A stretch of DNA of 57,620 nucleotides from IMG/VR virus record IMGVR_UViG_3300031951_000180, positions 1 to 57,620 of that record, one strand, 5' to 3'. Each line of letters begins with the position of its first letter. Within the stretch, counting starts at the first letter, position 1. The stretch is from a virus. Taxonomy: Duplodnaviria; Caudoviricetes. Of the stretch, positions 16,651 to 25,705 are shown piece after piece. The position numbers and the translations under genes were made by a program. A model generated the notes under the pieces. The model worked only from the letters and a program-made list of their open reading frames with translations, was not told the DNA's origin and made no database searches.

Positions 16651-16844
16651 TTGCCGGCCCTCGCCTCTTCTCGTTCATTGGCGAGAGCCTGCTCCTCGAG
16701 CCGTCGCGTCAGGTCGCGGATGACCGCAGCGATGCCGGCCCAGTTCCTGTTCGTCATGCTGTCGGCCTGGCTGAACCTCACCAAGAAGTCGAGGTAGAGC
16801 AGAGCGCTGGGGACGTCGGAGACTGGGTGCGGGTCGTGGATCAT
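16647..16844 (-). CDS. Small hypothetical protein
   Basis: Coupled overlaps. Confidence 0.55.
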   Translation of the reverse strand: MIHDPHPVSDVPSALLYLDFLVRFSQADSMTNRNWAGIAAVIRDLTRRLEEQALANEREEARAGK

Positions 16845-16948
16845 TCGTCACCCCGCGTCATGTACGGAATCAACGTGGCATACGTCACCGCCCCTGCCAA
16901 GACGAGGACGGTGGCGACGTTGAACCAGACGTGCAGAGCGGCTTCCAT
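16841..16948 (-). CDS. 35-aa single-TM peptide (MEAALHVWFNVATVLVLAGAVTYATLIPY...)
   Basis: Read manually, below the ORF-track cutoff; GGAG RBS; fills the gap exactly. Confidence 0.5.
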   Translation of the reverse strand: MEAALHVWFNVATVLVLAGAVTYATLIPYMTRGDE

Positions 16949-16950
16949 GC

Positions 16951-17154
16951 CTATCCTCCGAAAAGGCTCCAGAATGACTTTTGCTTCTGCTGACGCAGGA
17001 ACTCGACCTCTTGTTCAAGATTCGCGATCCGCGAACGCAGGCTGTCGAGGGCGACGTGGAACTCGCTGAAGGCGACGTCTACGGCGATGTCCGAAGTGGC
17101 CGGCACCGGCGGAGGAAACGGAACCGACTTCTTCGCTGGCTTCTTCTTGCTCAT
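16951..17154 (-). CDS. Small coiled-coil protein (start MSKKKPA)
   Basis: GAGGG RBS; LRSRIANLEQEVEFL. Confidence 0.6.
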   Translation of the reverse strand: MSKKKPAKKSVPFPPPVPATSDIAVDVAFSEFHVALDSLRSRIANLEQEVEFLRQQKQKSFWSLFGG

Positions 17155-17164
17155 GTGGTTGCCC

Positions 17165-17482
17165 TCACTCGTACCGAACGACGGCGACCCAGCCGCGACG
17201 CAGCGGACACCAGGCCGTGCCGATCTCACGCACGCGGCGCTGGCCCCAGTAGCAGGCCCGCCGGCAGGCGGCGTCGGGGCTGACCGTCGAGAAACCCAGC
17301 CCCTCGTAGCCGCCGCCACGGCGACCGCAGTGGACGAACGTGTTTGTCGCCGCGAGGTGGTTGGCGTGATCCTGCGCCGAGACGACGCCGGCGGTGCGGC
17401 GGCCATTCACGACCACGGTCGTGTCGGCAGCGGCGAAGGCGGCGAAAGAGGCGAGGAACAGGGAAAGGACGATGGAACGCAT
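17165..17482 (-). CDS. Secreted minimal CAP/SCP-like protein
   Basis: Signal peptide; SAQDHANHLA...FVH...EGLG. Confidence 0.6.
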   Translation of the reverse strand: MRSIVLSLFLASFAAFAAADTTVVVNGRRTAGVVSAQDHANHLAATNTFVHCGRRGGGYEGLGFSTVSPDAACRRACYWGQRRVREIGTAWCPLRRGWVAVVRYE

Positions 17483-17499
17483 GATGCTTCTCCTAGGGG

Positions 17500-17688
17500 T
17501 TAGGACTGAACCTTCGAATCAATGGCTCGCTCGATCTCGCGGCATTCGGCGTCTACTTCCAGAAATCCGCGCTTGAACTCGACGATCGACTGGCCGACGC
17601 TGCGGGCCACCTTCGGCAGACGCCCGCCAAAGAGCATCACGGCGATGCTGCCGATCACACACATTTCGATGGTGCCTATTCCGAACAT
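17500..17688 (-). CDS. tatA: Twin-arginine translocase TatA/TatE subunit
   Basis: MFGIGTIEMCVIGSIAVMLFGGRLPKVARSVGQSIVEFKRG: TM, FG hinge, amphipathic helix ending EFK. Confidence 0.88.
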   Translation of the reverse strand: MFGIGTIEMCVIGSIAVMLFGGRLPKVARSVGQSIVEFKRGFLEVDAECREIERAIDSKVQS

Positions 17689-17885
17689 TCGACTGCTCCT
17701 TCAGGGGAATGAATCTTGGCCTCCGACAGCCGCATCACCAGCTCGTCGCGGGTCACCTTGACGTGCGAAGGTGCCTTGATCACCAACTTCACCGTCTTGC
17801 CGACGACGGAATCGACGATGATTTCGATGCGAGGCCGCTCAAGAATGAGCTTTTGGCCTGGGCGACGAGTCAGAACGAGTGCCAT
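17676..17885 (-). CDS. csrA: Carbon storage regulator CsrA/RsmA homologue
   Basis: MALVLTRRPGQKLIL...IEIIV...VKLVIKAPSHVKVTRDEL, retaining the RNA-binding R44 equivalent. Confidence 0.88.
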   Translation of the reverse strand: MALVLTRRPGQKLILERPRIEIIVDSVVGKTVKLVIKAPSHVKVTRDELVMRLSEAKIHSPEGAVECSE

Positions 17886-17917
17886 GCGGAGTCCTTTCCG
17901 TTGTGCTGGGCAGTAGG

Positions 17918-18424
17918 TTATGCGTCGGGCCGATTGAGGTCAAGCCATGTTCGGACGGATTCTCTGACGGCCTGCTCCTTGTGGTGCTCGGAAACCCACT
18001 TCAGGTACTCAATCGCCCCGGGTTGCGAAGCGGCCTCAGACACTGTCATGCCGGGGTATCTGCCTGCGGCGAACACAAACTCGCCAGATGGCTTCTTTTC
18101 CTCCTCTGCTGGACGCTCCTCTCTCGCCGCCACCCACTGGCCTGTTCCACAAAAGCAGCACTCAATTTTCCACGCCTTCTTCTTTTTCCCTGATTCGTCG
18201 ATCTCGGCCCACCCGCGCTCAATGACATCGTGTGCCTCGCCGCCGCAGCTTTCGTCAGCGCAGGCGATGTCATCGAGCCGTCCAATGATCGGGGCGACGT
18301 CTCCCGCAGCGCCGGGCGGCCGCAGGCCGGCTTCTGCCTCGACGGCGACCGACGCAGGCGCCGGCCTCGCCCTCTTCTTTTTCTTTCGCGATTCGTCGGC
18401 TCCGAGGTCAAAAAGCGTGCTCAT
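17918..18424 (-). CDS. Zn-ribbon protein with a C-terminal ExoX/DUF3820-like motif (start MSTLFDL)
   Basis: CADESCG...CCFCG; FAAGRYPGMTVSE...EYLKW. Confidence 0.6.
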   Translation of the reverse strand: MSTLFDLGADESRKKKKRARPAPASVAVEAEAGLRPPGAAGDVAPIIGRLDDIACADESCGGEAHDVIERGWAEIDESGKKKKAWKIECCFCGTGQWVAAREERPAEEEKKPSGEFVFAAGRYPGMTVSEAASQPGAIEYLKWVSEHHKEQAVRESVRTWLDLNRPDA

Positions 18425-20067
18425 ATCGGCAACCTCATCTTGTAGTCTGCCCCAGTTTCCGTAGCCACAATCAGCTTTCTCCTGGCTCTCGTGACGCCGA
18501 CGTATTCGATCCGCCGCTCCTCGTCGTGCTGATCCGAGTCGATGCCTTGGGCCTCGTGAATCCGTCGGCTCACGGTCGTGGATAGCACGACGTTGTCGGA
18601 CTCCATCCCCTTCGCGGCGTGGATCGTTCCCACCCTGATCGCCGGCTTCGTCGCAAGTTCTGGCCCGTATTTGATCGCGGCGTTTCGCCACCGCTCGCCG
18701 CCGTGAAACAGGTCGCCCCACCCGCCTTTTCGCAGCTTGTCCGCGAACTCCGGCTTCATCCCGGCCCCCTCCAAATCGGACGGAAGCACGACCTCCCATC
18801 GCCGCAGCGTGTCGTCGCGCCCCCAGGCTGCCTTCGTTCCCTTGACCATGTTCCCCATCGCCGGCAATAGATCGACGGCCGCCGCGAAATCTTCGGGAGT
18901 AGCATGTCTGCCGTTTTCAAGCTCCCACAAGGCGTTCACGGCCCGCAGGAACTTCGTATTGTCCTTGGCCTTCAGCTTTGCGAACGGCAGCCTCTTTTTT
19001 GCGAGCACTGCCTCCCACATCTCGACGATGTAGTTGCACCGAGCGATCACGAGCGTCTGCTCGGTGGCAGACAAGCCTGCGGCCACCGTTTCGGCGTATC
19101 CGCCGCGGACAACTTCACCAGCGTGATCGGCCGGCGCGATCCCCCGATCCCAGTATCCGCTCCGCATCCGCTTCAGGCAGGCTTCGCCAAGTTCGTGGAT
19201 CGGAGCAGGGCATCGCCAGGTCTTCGGCATCACCCGCTCCTTGTCCACCTGCCAGCTCATAAAGTGCCGTGAATCGCTCCCTCCGAAGCCGAAGATGGAC
19301 TGCATGGGATCGCCGGCGAGGTACACCCACTGCACGTTATCGCCGCTGGCAAGGCGTCGGCAGCAGCGGTCAACGAGTGCCGAGGCGTCCTGCTGCTCGT
19401 CCATGATCCACGCCTTGACGTTGGGCGGCAGCTCGCCCTCTGGGTCGGTTTCCTCGAATCCCTCTGGAGAGAACCTGACGCCAGAAAACCTCGCCAACAA
19501 GTCGGTGAAGTCGCAGCGGCACTCCAGCCGCTTCGCGGCCTCGTACTTGTCGATGTATTGCTTGCACACCGCGTACGATGGCACGTCTTCGCCAAGCCTG
19601 GCTGCACGCCGGATCGTGGACTCCAGCGGCTCGAGGCGGCTCCGGCACTGCTCCCAGGCGTTCAAGGCCGCGGCAGCCGACTTCTCGCCGGCAAACCGGC
19701 TGTACCCAGAATCGTCGTCGATGATCGTCCTGACGCTAACGCCGAGGGCGTCGGCGATCCACGAGGCCGAAGCCTTGCTGTCATCCAGAAGCTCGCCTCG
19801 CTTGATGCCGAGCTGCCGGTGGGCAATGGCGTGAACCGTCTTGAACCACCCATCCTTCGCCAGAACTTCACCCGGCACGTTCCAGGCCGAGCTGACGCGA
19901 TCGACGGCCTCGGCGCGGGCCGCCCTCGTGAAGCTGGTGAATCCGATGGAAAACGGGCTTCCGCCGAGGGCGGATTTGGCCGCTTCCATGATCCGAACAA
20001 GCTCGGTTGTCTTTCCCGTGCCTGCCCCGCCTACCAATCTTGCCTTCTTTAACGCTGCCATGACCAT
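18421..20067 (-). CDS. Superfamily 1 (UvrD/Rep-like) helicase
   Basis: GGAGTGKT, DEQQD, GDPMQSIFGF, TIHAAKGME, YVGVTRAR. Confidence 0.93.
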   Translation of the reverse strand: MVMAALKKARLVGGAGTGKTTELVRIMEAAKSALGGSPFSIGFTSFTRAARAEAVDRVSSAWNVPGEVLAKDGWFKTVHAIAHRQLGIKRGELLDDSKASASWIADALGVSVRTIIDDDSGYSRFAGEKSAAAALNAWEQCRSRLEPLESTIRRAARLGEDVPSYAVCKQYIDKYEAAKRLECRCDFTDLLARFSGVRFSPEGFEETDPEGELPPNVKAWIMDEQQDASALVDRCCRRLASGDNVQWVYLAGDPMQSIFGFGGSDSRHFMSWQVDKERVMPKTWRCPAPIHELGEACLKRMRSGYWDRGIAPADHAGEVVRGGYAETVAAGLSATEQTLVIARCNYIVEMWEAVLAKKRLPFAKLKAKDNTKFLRAVNALWELENGRHATPEDFAAAVDLLPAMGNMVKGTKAAWGRDDTLRRWEVVLPSDLEGAGMKPEFADKLRKGGWGDLFHGGERWRNAAIKYGPELATKPAIRVGTIHAAKGMESDNVVLSTTVSRRIHEAQGIDSDQHDEERRIEYVGVTRARRKLIVATETGADYKMRLPI

Positions 20068-20156
20068 GTTTCCAAGGGGGGGTAGAAAATGTGGTCAGAC
20101 GCAAGTCCTTGTGCGACAACCACTTGTGACTCAAAAACCACTTTTCCAAAAATCCA

Positions 20157-21878
20157 TCACTTTTTTTGGATTTCGTTTTGGAATTCCGCGTGAATAGAAA
20201 AGGCGGTTTCGGCCTCGGCCCCGAACTCGCCCGCGGCAAGCCGCTCCAGAACGCGCATGTGCTCGTTGGTGAACCGGACGAACCTTCGGCTCCTGCCGCC
20301 CTCTCCGGCCGCCCTGGAGGCCGGGAGAGCCTTCTGGCCCGATCCGGCGAGGATCATCTTCTTGATCTTCAGGATGTCGCCGTCCTCGAGCTTTCGCCGG
20401 CCGCGGTCAACCATTTCCCACGCCTTCGACCAGCCGAACCAGAGTTCCCAGACGCCGTCCTTCCCTCGAACCCACGCCGGCATCCCGGTGACGTCTGGCG
20501 AGCCGTCCTCCTCCTCGTCGGCGTCGGGCTGCGGCGTCATCGAAAGCACCTCCATAAACCAGCCTGCGACGGTGGCGAATCGGCAGTTCTCGGCGGTCGC
20601 CGATTCCTGAATTGCCTCGTCCATCAGCTTCGCCTTCAGCCCGCGGATCGCCTTGGTCTGGCCCTTCTTCTTTCCCTGGCCGTTCCAGATGCCGAACCAC
20701 TCCTCTGGCACGGCATCGACGATGACCGTGTGCGTCGCCTCCAGAATGGCCTGGGCGACCTTGGCGGCCGAGCGGAAACTCTCCGCACACAGCGGGACGT
20801 GAACACTCACGGTTTTCTGCTCGCCGTTCACCTCCCTGAACACCGGCACCGTGAGGGTGTAGGACACCGGGTCGGAGTGGATGACCTTCAGTTTCCACTG
20901 CCCAGGCCACCACTCGGTGCCGTCATACCGCAGGCCGGTGATCGTGAACGGAAGCGACGACTCTCCGTCCTCTTGCGGAGGATCGGCACCCTTTTCCATT
21001 CGCTCGGAGACTGCCTGCTTCTTCTCCTCGTCTTCGATGACGCCGTGCGCCCTCTTTCGCGTCGCCCACGCCAGTTCGTGACGGAAGATGTCCTCGATCT
21101 CCTTGTCACCCTTCGGCGGGTTGCACCGCTGCATATTCATCGCCCGAATCATGGCGAGAACGTCCTGCTGCTCGATCGGGTCGTGGACGTCAACCATGTT
21201 GATGCACTGGCGTGCCGCAAACCGGACGAGCGAGTCGTGGCGGTCGCCCTCGTTCATCGACTGGTGCAGAATCTTGTTGGCGCTATCGCGCCGCTCGCCG
21301 CCTTCGCCGACATCATTAACGATCGCGGTCAGCAACTCCTTCGGAAGTTCTGCGACCTCGCACTCGTCTGGACTCATGCCGGCAACCCACGAATACGAAA
21401 CGCCGCTCGAGTGCGAGCTGGGAGGCATGATCGACTGCGCCCCCTTCTTGCCGCCGCCGATGCGAATCTCAAGGCCAGCCAGCTTGTAGACGGCCTGCTG
21501 CGGAAGCCTGCGGTCCCACTTAAACAGGCGGTGCGTCGATCGCTTTGAGGTGAAGGTTGGCGTATATGCCTTATCAAGGCCGAAGCGCTCGGCTGTCTTC
21601 CGGCCTTGCTCAGAGTCGAACTCGATGTCGATGATCCCGCTGCGCTCGCCTAGCTGAACTCCGATGTTGTAGTTCTTGGTTCCGTCATACCACTGGCCCA
21701 GCTCGTCCTCGTCGATTGTGGCCTTGTGCTGCCACGCCGCCATGATCGGGTGCTTGCCAGGCGTCTGACAGTTTGGGTTTCGGCAGGTGCATTTCTCGCC
21801 GTTCGATCCGTAGCAGACGACGATGTACCAGCCGCGGGCTGCGTATTGCGCCGCCCACTTGAATGTGTTGTCGCTCAT
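20157..21878 (-). CDS. Bifunctional primase-polymerase with PriCT-like domain
   Basis: GKHP, NIGV...IIDIE, H..F, IMPPSSHSSG..YSW; EGDRHDSL...N..RCNPP. Confidence 0.88.
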   Translation of the reverse strand: MSDNTFKWAAQYAARGWYIVVCYGSNGEKCTCRNPNCQTPGKHPIMAAWQHKATIDEDELGQWYDGTKNYNIGVQLGERSGIIDIEFDSEQGRKTAERFGLDKAYTPTFTSKRSTHRLFKWDRRLPQQAVYKLAGLEIRIGGGKKGAQSIMPPSSHSSGVSYSWVAGMSPDECEVAELPKELLTAIVNDVGEGGERRDSANKILHQSMNEGDRHDSLVRFAARQCINMVDVHDPIEQQDVLAMIRAMNMQRCNPPKGDKEIEDIFRHELAWATRKRAHGVIEDEEKKQAVSERMEKGADPPQEDGESSLPFTITGLRYDGTEWWPGQWKLKVIHSDPVSYTLTVPVFREVNGEQKTVSVHVPLCAESFRSAAKVAQAILEATHTVIVDAVPEEWFGIWNGQGKKKGQTKAIRGLKAKLMDEAIQESATAENCRFATVAGWFMEVLSMTPQPDADEEEDGSPDVTGMPAWVRGKDGVWELWFGWSKAWEMVDRGRRKLEDGDILKIKKMILAGSGQKALPASRAAGEGGRSRRFVRFTNEHMRVLERLAAGEFGAEAETAFSIHAEFQNEIQKK

Positions 21879-22086
21879 CCTGACCCCTCCTTGTGTGATG
21901 AAAGCCCCTCCCCGGCCCCCGATTTCTCAGGGGCCGGAGAGGGCCAAAGTCGCCAGACGGGCCTGTGGAAAGTGGAGAAACACAGGTGATCCGCCCGACT
22001 TCCGCCGTTACCACGCCACTAAGCGGCATAGGCGACCGGCCGGCTCCGATGAACAGCCGGTGAGGCTGCCGGCCCAGCGCTGACCA

Positions 22087-22869
22087 CTACTCGTCGCCGA
22101 GGTCGTCGGCGGCGACGGTGGCGCCGCTCGGCGGCGCCTGGAACATCGCCGTGAGGGGCTTGTGATAGACCCTCTCAGCCATCTCACCCTGCTCCTCGCT
22201 GATCAGGCCGACGAGACGCGGCACGATCTGGGAGTAGGGCTGACCGCCGGCGTTCTTGACCTTGACGAGCTTCAGGCCGATCACGCACTCGTACATGAAG
22301 CTGGGCAACCGCTTGCGGAACGGCAGCCAGTTCGCGAGCGAGCCGGCCCCGACGGTCACGAGGAGCGGCCACGTTTCGCCGTCACGCAGGATGGCGAGCA
22401 CGCGGGACTCCTTGACCTTCCGGCTCCGGCCGCCACCCTTGCCGCTCCCCCAGCCGAACTCAGGCCCGGTGGAGAGCGCCGCCCAGTCATAGCGGCGATC
22501 GCCGATACGGTAGCGTTCCAGAGCTGGTGCGGAGCAATCCCCCAGATCATCAGACACGCGGTAGCCGACGAGGAGGTCGTGCGACACGATCACGGGCCGC
22601 ATCTCGCTCGGGTCATCCTTGGGCCAAAGGACGCCGCGGCGGCCCTCGGCGACGAGGATGCCGACGATCTCCTCGGTCGTCTCGACGTTCCCCTGGTTGT
22701 CGATCGACCAGACCGTGCCGCCGCCCGCTGGCGTCGGAACACGAATCAGGTCTTGCTCCCGCATCGGCTCACCCTCGAGGTTCGCCGCGATCACCCTGGC
22801 CTGCCGACTGGTCGGCGAGAGGGCCGGGAAATCAATCGTCTTCACGGTCGTCGAAATCGCAGTGCTCAT
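22087..22869 (-). CDS. Hypothetical replication-module protein, possibly ssDNA-binding (start MSTAIST)
   Basis: AGGAGA RBS, acidic C-tail, position. Confidence 0.7.
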   Translation of the reverse strand: MSTAISTTVKTIDFPALSPTSRQARVIAANLEGEPMREQDLIRVPTPAGGGTVWSIDNQGNVETTEEIVGILVAEGRRGVLWPKDDPSEMRPVIVSHDLLVGYRVSDDLGDCSAPALERYRIGDRRYDWAALSTGPEFGWGSGKGGGRSRKVKESRVLAILRDGETWPLLVTVGAGSLANWLPFRKRLPSFMYECVIGLKLVKVKNAGGQPYSQIVPRLVGLISEEQGEMAERVYHKPLTAMFQAPPSGATVAADDLGDE

Positions 22870-22925
22870 GGTCTTTCTCCTAGAGCGTCCTTCTGAACCA
22901 GCCGGCCGCGACGTGCGGCAGGCAA

Positions 22926-23375
22926 TCAACCAACCTTCAAGTGCCGGAGAACCGGCCGAACGAACTCGCTGACGATGCCGGCGAACGGCGTGCCGTCAGC
23001 CCAAGGCGCACGGGCGTCCTTGCCCGCTGCCTTCGACAACTCCTTGAGCAGGCTCTTCAGCCGAGTCGTGTTCACACCGACGAGCTGTGCTTCCATGCCG
23101 GCCTTTCGTGCCGCGGCGAGAATCGCGTCCTGCATTTCTCCCGTAGCGGAAACCGAGTGCTCCCACTCAATCCGCCAACTCCTTCCGGCGACTCGAACTC
23201 CGTCGAGCCTCCCCGCCGTCATCTCCTCGACGGCGACTTCCGCGAGCGCCTCGCGACGCTTTTTCAGTTCCTTCACCGCCAGCTCGGCCGCGTCGATTTC
23301 GCGGTCGATCTGCGTGATCCGTTCAAGCGCTTCCGAGAGCGCGTTGTTGTGGCGAGTATCCTCTGACAACTGCAT
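22926..23375 (-). CDS. Coiled-coil hypothetical protein
   Basis: GAGGTG RBS. Confidence 0.7.
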   Translation of the reverse strand: MQLSEDTRHNNALSEALERITQIDREIDAAELAVKELKKRREALAEVAVEEMTAGRLDGVRVAGRSWRIEWEHSVSATGEMQDAILAAARKAGMEAQLVGVNTTRLKSLLKELSKAAGKDARAPWADGTPFAGIVSEFVRPVLRHLKVG

Positions 23376-24714
23376 CTATCACCTCTCTTCTTTCTCGAAG
23401 GGCTTCGTACACGCGGCCATCCGCAGTTTTCTTCGTCTGTAGGGTACTGACCAACGCAAAGAATCGCGTGGGTCGTTCTTGCCCTGGTCGGTGCAGGCGG
23501 GCGATGGCCTGGAGCCATTCGGCGAGCGAGTGGCCGAGGGAATACCAGACGCCGACAGAAGCGCGAGTGAGATCAATGCCGATGCCGCCCGACTGGATTT
23601 GCGCGACCAGTACGGCGGTCTTTCCGGCCTGCCACTCGGCAAGATTGTCGATCTTACCAGACAGCTCGCTCACGGTGCGGCCGAGCGACTCGCACACAGC
23701 GATGACGCTGTCGATGTCAGACCTGAACCGGCAGAACACGACGATCGGCTCGTTCTCCGGCAAGTCCTCGAGCATATCCGCAAAGGCGGCTCGCTTACTC
23801 GGCGTTTCGTCGATTTGGCGAGCCGTCGATTCGTCGTCGATCCGCGTGAACCCTTGGCAGGCTTGCAGCATCCGCAGGAGCGAAACCATCGCGTTTTGCG
23901 GCGTGACGAACTTGCCGGCCTCGACCTCGGCACAGAACTCTCTCTCAAGCTGCTTGTAGACGTGGGCTTCCTTGGCCGTCAGTTCGACGGGGATTTCAAC
24001 GTGATGGATCGGGGGGAGGTCGAGTACGTCTTCCGACCGTCGGTGGAAGGTGGTCGCCGCGATCTTCTCGGCGAACTGCTTCTGGTTGCGATAGCCGATG
24101 ACCATGCCGGGGATATGCGGATTGGTGATCGCGTAGTTCGCCTTGAACAGCGTGTAGGTCTGGCCGAACGTCGGGCACTCCGGCGATTCGACGGCTCGGT
24201 AGACGCCGAAGGCGTCGAGGAGCGAGTGAGCGAGCAGGGTGCCTGATAGGCCGATCCGCTTTGCCGTCGGATTTTTCTTGCCCATGCGGGCCGCCCACCG
24301 GCTGGCCGAGCCGCTCGGGCTTTTGAGGCGATGAACCTCGTCGTAGACCAAGACGTCCCAGGCGATCTTTTCCGTTTCCTTGATCCGCCAGAGCGACTCG
24401 TAGTTGGCGACGACGAGCAGGGGAGAGGTGTCGGCGAGGGCCGCCATGATCTTCTTGCCCTTCTCGGCCGACGTTCCCTTGGTCAGCGAGAGGATGCGAA
24501 GTTCAGGAAGCCAGAGGGCCACCTGCTTCGACCAGGCGGGAATTACAGCCCGCGGGCAGCCGCAGAGAATGCGGCTGATGGACCCGGCGATCATCAGCTC
24601 CTTGATGATCTCAAGGGCGACGCGGGTTTTCCCGCATCCCATCCCCAAGTGCAAGAGGGCTTCCCGGCGGCCCCTGGCCCACTCGATAGCTTCCTGCTGA
24701 TGTATCCAGAGCAC
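23323..24714 (-). CDS. SNF2-family (SF2) helicase
   Basis: MGCGKT, DEVH, LSGT, VFCRF, GGIGIDL, QAIARLHRPGQ. Confidence 0.93.
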   Translation of the reverse strand: MLWIHQQEAIEWARGRREALLHLGMGCGKTRVALEIIKELMIAGSISRILCGCPRAVIPAWSKQVALWLPELRILSLTKGTSAEKGKKIMAALADTSPLLVVANYESLWRIKETEKIAWDVLVYDEVHRLKSPSGSASRWAARMGKKNPTAKRIGLSGTLLAHSLLDAFGVYRAVESPECPTFGQTYTLFKANYAITNPHIPGMVIGYRNQKQFAEKIAATTFHRRSEDVLDLPPIHHVEIPVELTAKEAHVYKQLEREFCAEVEAGKFVTPQNAMVSLLRMLQACQGFTRIDDESTARQIDETPSKRAAFADMLEDLPENEPIVVFCRFRSDIDSVIAVCESLGRTVSELSGKIDNLAEWQAGKTAVLVAQIQSGGIGIDLTRASVGVWYSLGHSLAEWLQAIARLHRPGQERPTRFFALVSTLQTKKTADGRVYEALRERREVIDAVVRGYSPQQRALGSA

Positions 24715-24741
24715 GGTTACCTCTCCGTAGGTTGGCGGGAG

Positions 24742-24770
24742 AGAGTATCGGCTCAGAGGCTACTTGTCAA
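24742..24770 (-). promoter_or_regulatory. Near-consensus sigma70 promoter for the replication operon
   Basis: Minus strand TTGACA (24770-24765), 17 nt, TACTCT (24747-24742). Confidence 0.8.
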
Positions 24771-24780
24771 CAGAATGATT

Positions 24781-25317
24781 TCAGGCCCGCTTCAATCGGC
24801 TGCGCGGTCGGCCGATTTTCTTGCCGGAGGCGGCCAGACGCTTGGCCGCCGAGGCAGCGGCTTCGCAGCTCTTCCTGCTGAATATCCACCGGCGAGCCGC
24901 CGACGCCCGCTCACTGAGCAGAAGACGGCCGACGACTTCTTTCTTTCGGGCCATCCGCACGGCCCACGGGATCGTCACGCCGAGGATTTCAGCGGCCTCG
25001 ACGGAGCCGATGGCGTCGTGGAAGTCGATTTCCACCGTCATCTTTGCCAGCTTTCGCTGCATGGCGGGCCGCTCGTCGGCGTGGGCGCGAGGCCGGCGAA
25101 CCGTGCCGTCGGCCTGCCGCCGCTCATACTCCCGCCAGTCCTCCTCGCAGCTTCGCGACGAGTAGACGGCGACTTCTCGGACACTTTCCGCCTGATCCGA
25201 TTGGCTGCGGACGAGGCGGGTCTTCAAAAGCCCTTTTCGGGCCATCGCCGCCGGCTGGGTGAAATGGACTCCGAGGAGGCAGGCGGCCTCGAAGCTTCCG
25301 ATGGCAGTGTCTTTCAC
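24781..25317 (-). CDS. Tandem excisionase-like HTH protein
   Basis: Two repeats: IGSFEAACLLGVH and IGSVEAAEILGVT. Confidence 0.7.
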   Translation of the reverse strand: MKDTAIGSFEAACLLGVHFTQPAAMARKGLLKTRLVRSQSDQAESVREVAVYSSRSCEEDWREYERRQADGTVRRPRAHADERPAMQRKLAKMTVEIDFHDAIGSVEAAEILGVTIPWAVRMARKKEVVGRLLLSERASAARRWIFSRKSCEAAASAAKRLAASGKKIGRPRSRLKRA

Positions 25318-25420
25318 GATTACACCGTGTTTTTCGCGGGCCAGTGACTTGCCCTTGTCGAAATGGAGGATAGGGGATTATTGTTCCTCGCTGGCGGAAA
25401 TAACTCGGAAGGAACCGAAT

Positions 25421-25639
25421 ATGCCGACAGCAACGAACTATACGGTTTTGGTTGAGTGGGAAGATCAGGGAATTTGCGACGCTGACGAGATCGTAGTGCG
25501 GGCGCGAACGAAAAGCGAAGCCAACTCGATAGCACGGCAGCGCTGGTGGAAGACCAACCTTGCCGAGTGGCCCTCCTGTCGAATTCGCACCGTCCGCACG
25601 ATCCGCGAAAACGGTCGCCTGTTGATTGACAGCGATTGA
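25421..25639 (+). CDS. Small hypothetical protein (start MPTATNY)
   Basis: AAGGA RBS. Confidence 0.6.
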   Translation: MPTATNYTVLVEWEDQGICDADEIVVRARTKSEANSIARQRWWKTNLAEWPSCRIRTVRTIRENGRLLIDSD

Positions 25640-25705
25640 TTTTTTCCGCATGAGGCGGATTGACCCCCCGCAAGGATGTGGCACCTTTGAGCGGGGAGAT
25701 ACGCC

